A DNA stretch of 64,000 bases from Klebsormidium nitens (lineage: Eukaryota; Plantae; Klebsormidiophyceae). Location: the NCBI GenBank assembly GCA_000708835.1, contig DF237139.1, positions 1 to 64,000 on the forward strand, in the 5' to 3' direction. The notes beneath the pieces were generated by a model, which was given only the letters and a program-made list of their open reading frames with translations, made no database searches and was not told the origin of the DNA. A program made the position numbers and the translations under genes. Positions 60,809 through 64,000 of the stretch are shown piece by piece (position 1 is the stretch's first letter; each line of letters starts with the position of its first letter).

Positions 60809-63800
60809 TTATGCCCCTTCTCTCCTCCTCACGCGCGCAAACACCGGGGACTTGGGTTGCGGAATCCCGAGCGCACCGGCATATTCCGGCGCCGGCAACT
60901 CATTAATTTCAACACTCACGTCGTACTCCCTGAACAAAGTCGTCCAGACTAAGCGAAGCACTATCGTAACCAACCGCTGCCCCTGACACGCGTGCCGGCC
61001 CGACCCAAACGGAACGTACTGCCGTTTGGTGGTTAGCTCCTCGAGAGCGGGTTTACTAAACCGGTGCGGGTTAAAAGTGGACGCCTTTTCGTAGACGCTC
61101 TCGTCCCGGTGCATAACGAAGGGGCTGAAAGCGACGGTGGTCCCTTTGGGGAGGGGGATGCCGTCGAAGGACGTGGGCCTTTGGACCTGACAAACGATAG
61201 CAAGTGCCTCAGCCCTATTTCGACTGGAATGGGAAAGCAATGATAAAAGAGGTTTGCTGTCACGTGCCTGGCATTCTGATCTTCGAGAAGGCAAGTTCAA
61301 AACGACGCGCAGACAAACTCTGCTTTAGTCGCCTTTCCCGGAAGGAGTAGAGCGCACACTCAGTTCATTATCGGCTGCGTCTCGTCCAGCAGACGTAGAA
61401 AGACGCTCTCGAACTGACCACGCACGAGTATAAAGACATGCAAAGGGAGTTTGAACCACTCGCCTCTCTTACGAAAAAGAGGGCCCCATACAGCCGGTGC
61501 GTTTCCCGCATGCACTTGTCCAACAAAGGCAGTTCGCCCTTATTGGCGGCAATTGCGATCCCGGCAGCTGCCAGCTCAGGCGCTCTCGCGGCCGCCCGGA
61601 AGGGATCCCCCTCCGAGCGCACCTCCGAGCGGACGGCTCGCTGGAGGGCCTCGTCGGAGGCGATGTGTGCGATGGTCCACGCCATTGTGGAGACCTGCGA
61701 TGGAAAAACAGGGCCTCGTCGCTCCGAGGGAGAAGCTTAGACGGAAGTTGGATGCACAAAGAAAGCGGCTCAACGTCTAAAGCATAAACTTCAAACTGCG
61801 ACCATCTCGCATATTGTCGACAACTTTCTGCCAGACGCGAACGCTGTCCCGAAACAGACTGGGACAGCGATCAGAAGGGCGGCAAGGACGCCGAATTGAC
61901 AACTTTCAATAAGACTCACTTTATATTGAAGCTCAGGCGGAAGAGCCGGAAAGTCCTCGAAAGCGCAAATTGCTGTCTCTAATAGATCTCTGAAGCTCAT
62001 TTCGAAGCGTCGGAGAACACGCGCTGATGGACGAAACTCACTGTGTTGATGTGTGCCGCAAACAAGATGGTCAGGAAGTGCAGGCTCATCGCTTCGGGGA
62101 AACCCGGGGTATCGTTGAGCACGAACTGCAAGTAGTCTTGCCGCCCGCTGTGGCCTTCTAGGTCGGCGTACCGTTCCCGGATCACAGTCTCCAAGATTTC
62201 GACGATACGCCCCCTGTACAATTCAAGGGCTTTGAATCGTCGGAGCCTGGTGTCTTAAGTCTTCTGGCGATCCGTAATATTTGTGCACCTATGTATATTC
62301 CTTCGTCTTTCGAGTCTACTTGGGTCCACTCTCTGCGCCAAGGCAATTTCAAGGAAGTTGTCTGACGAACGGACTCAGCAACGTCAGCAAATCCTAAAAA
62401 AGCAATCAGAGCCCAAGTAGAGAGTTCTTGGCTTATCAAAGTGAGTAAGAGCGGAGAAGAACCAACTCTCGTGCTTCTGAGTCAACGTTGTTCGCGCCTC
62501 ACAAGGCCCTATTTGATGGGTTTCTTGACCATTTTCGGAATTTCAAAACTGCGTTTTGCCTTTCGCATGACCGTCTCAAAATACCTGCATTCAAGGAGTG
62601 TCCTGCGTGTCAATACTCCAAAAGTTCGTTGTCAACGGCCAAACCAAACGAAAAAGCTGGGGATTGTAAATCCCATAAAAGATGCCCACAAAGACGGACT
62701 CACTTGATCCTCTTGAACCGCCTCGCCACAGCGCTCGGAAACCACAGGAACTGCGCGACCGCCGGCAGTGCCGCCATGCGCTCGTACTCATAGTACAAGT
62801 CCGCTAACTCGGGGAAGCGCTCGTTGACGTCATCCCCAAGTAAGCATGCAATCATCATGCCCATCGTGACGCGGGAGCACTCTCGGAATAGGTCCAGAGT
62901 GCCCTTTTGCGCCCACCCAGCTAGCGAGCGCTCCACGTGGCTTTGGATAACGGTCGTGTAGTACGCTAATCTGCGGGTTATGAGTGACTTAACCCCGATT
63001 GAACAGAGGTAGCCGTGTTGCCAAGGTCACTTGGAGAAAGCATCGCTGTCAGGGTTCAGAAAGTGGTTCTGGCTTTGCATACCAGCCGCTCCGGTAGACC
63101 GGCAGCCTACGAAAACAATGTTGCGCAACAGGTACTTCTCACTCTGCTGAAAAGTCTCCAAGCGGTTCTCAGGTCTTGGCAGTGTCAGGAAAGATGCATA
63201 CTATGAAGGATACGATGATTGTGAGTTTGATTTCAAAGAAGGGTCACTTGCCTGGGTGCCGACGCCAGTCCGGTGATGATCAGCTTCCTTGCTTTTTCGT
63301 TCCAGGCGGTGAATCTGTACAAGCCGGCCCCGAAGAGGTGGCGCGTCAGGGCCTCAATTGCTTTTTCAAAGCTGAGCTCGCTGGCTGATGTGCCGTCGTC
63401 GGCGTTGAAGAACCACCTGGGACAGAGGGCCTTTTAGGAGTTGGCGGAGGCCCTTCAAGGGCTGAGTGAGTACTTTGTTAAGCAGCAGTTCCTACAATAC
63501 CAAGGCAGATGAGCGCCTGGTCGAGCGCCGCTTGAGCGTATAGCATTGTCCCTGATTAGCCTGAGGTAACCCCTCTAGGCTTAGGAATGGGTGGTGCAAA
63601 GCACTCACTCATTGAGCATCTAGCTTGGGCCTGGAAAACTTTAAGAGGAAACGGCCATGAAGAGAAGCAAGGTTGACCTTCAAGAACAGGTGAAAATACG
63701 ATTCCAGGGGAGATCAGTCAGTGGGACCAACAGGTTCCATCAGGCGAAGAAGCGAATACTGTTGTGAGTACTTTATCTGGACTGAGTTGATTTGTCAGCA

Positions 63801-64000
63801 TTGCACATGGTGGTTCTCAAATAAAAGTGGCTGGTTTCAGCTGCTTTCAATCTGTGCAACTATTTGAACAATGCTATCAACGGTGATGGTTCAACATGTC
63901 AGAGCACGCATGAGGATGGAATGCCCCTTGGAAACATTCGCAGTCTCACCTGTGCGCATCTGGCCCAAGGACAAAGACGAAGCGCTTTGCCAGCAGGTTC
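60809..64000 (-). CDS. Cytochrome P450, divergent CYP51-clan-like; 5' end beyond the window
   Basis: Exons give FVFVLGPDAHR|WFFNAD, I-helix LFAAHINT|VSTMAW, ETHR (ExxR), FNPHRF (PERF) and heme motif YVPFGSGRHACQG. Confidence 0.88.

Noticed and set aside
1-64000. tRNA, rRNA, snRNA or transposase/RT genes
   Set aside because: GTTCGA-like hits (e.g. near 32187, 50226, 54890) lack cloverleaf context, and no transposase or RT motifs appear in the ORF track.

Overview
Intron-rich eukaryotic DNA with GC-rich exons and one N gap (7624-8319). The gene set (SAC9, ARAD1-like GT47, PGSIP7/8-like GT8, CYP51-clan P450) and exon/intron style suggest a streptophyte green alga such as Klebsormidium; this is inference. 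About 11 protein genes were assembled by hand from splice sites: an intronless F-box/LRR gene, a Frizzled-CRD-like type I membrane protein, a GT47 exostosin, an intronless Pro-rich membrane protein, a CREST-like membrane protein, a Topors-like RING E3, SAC9, an AGP/nucleoside-phosphorylase-fold chimera, a small secreted proprotein, a GT8, and a P450 that runs off the right end. There are two TIR elements with target-site duplications and a short dispersed repeat family. The most striking signal is 9 splice junctions in 4 genes whose introns carry 1-4 degenerate tandem copies of the junction itself (intron end plus 45-90 nt of exon). The copies are spaced about 100-167 nt apart at acceptors, and several differ from the used exon mostly at synonymous positions.
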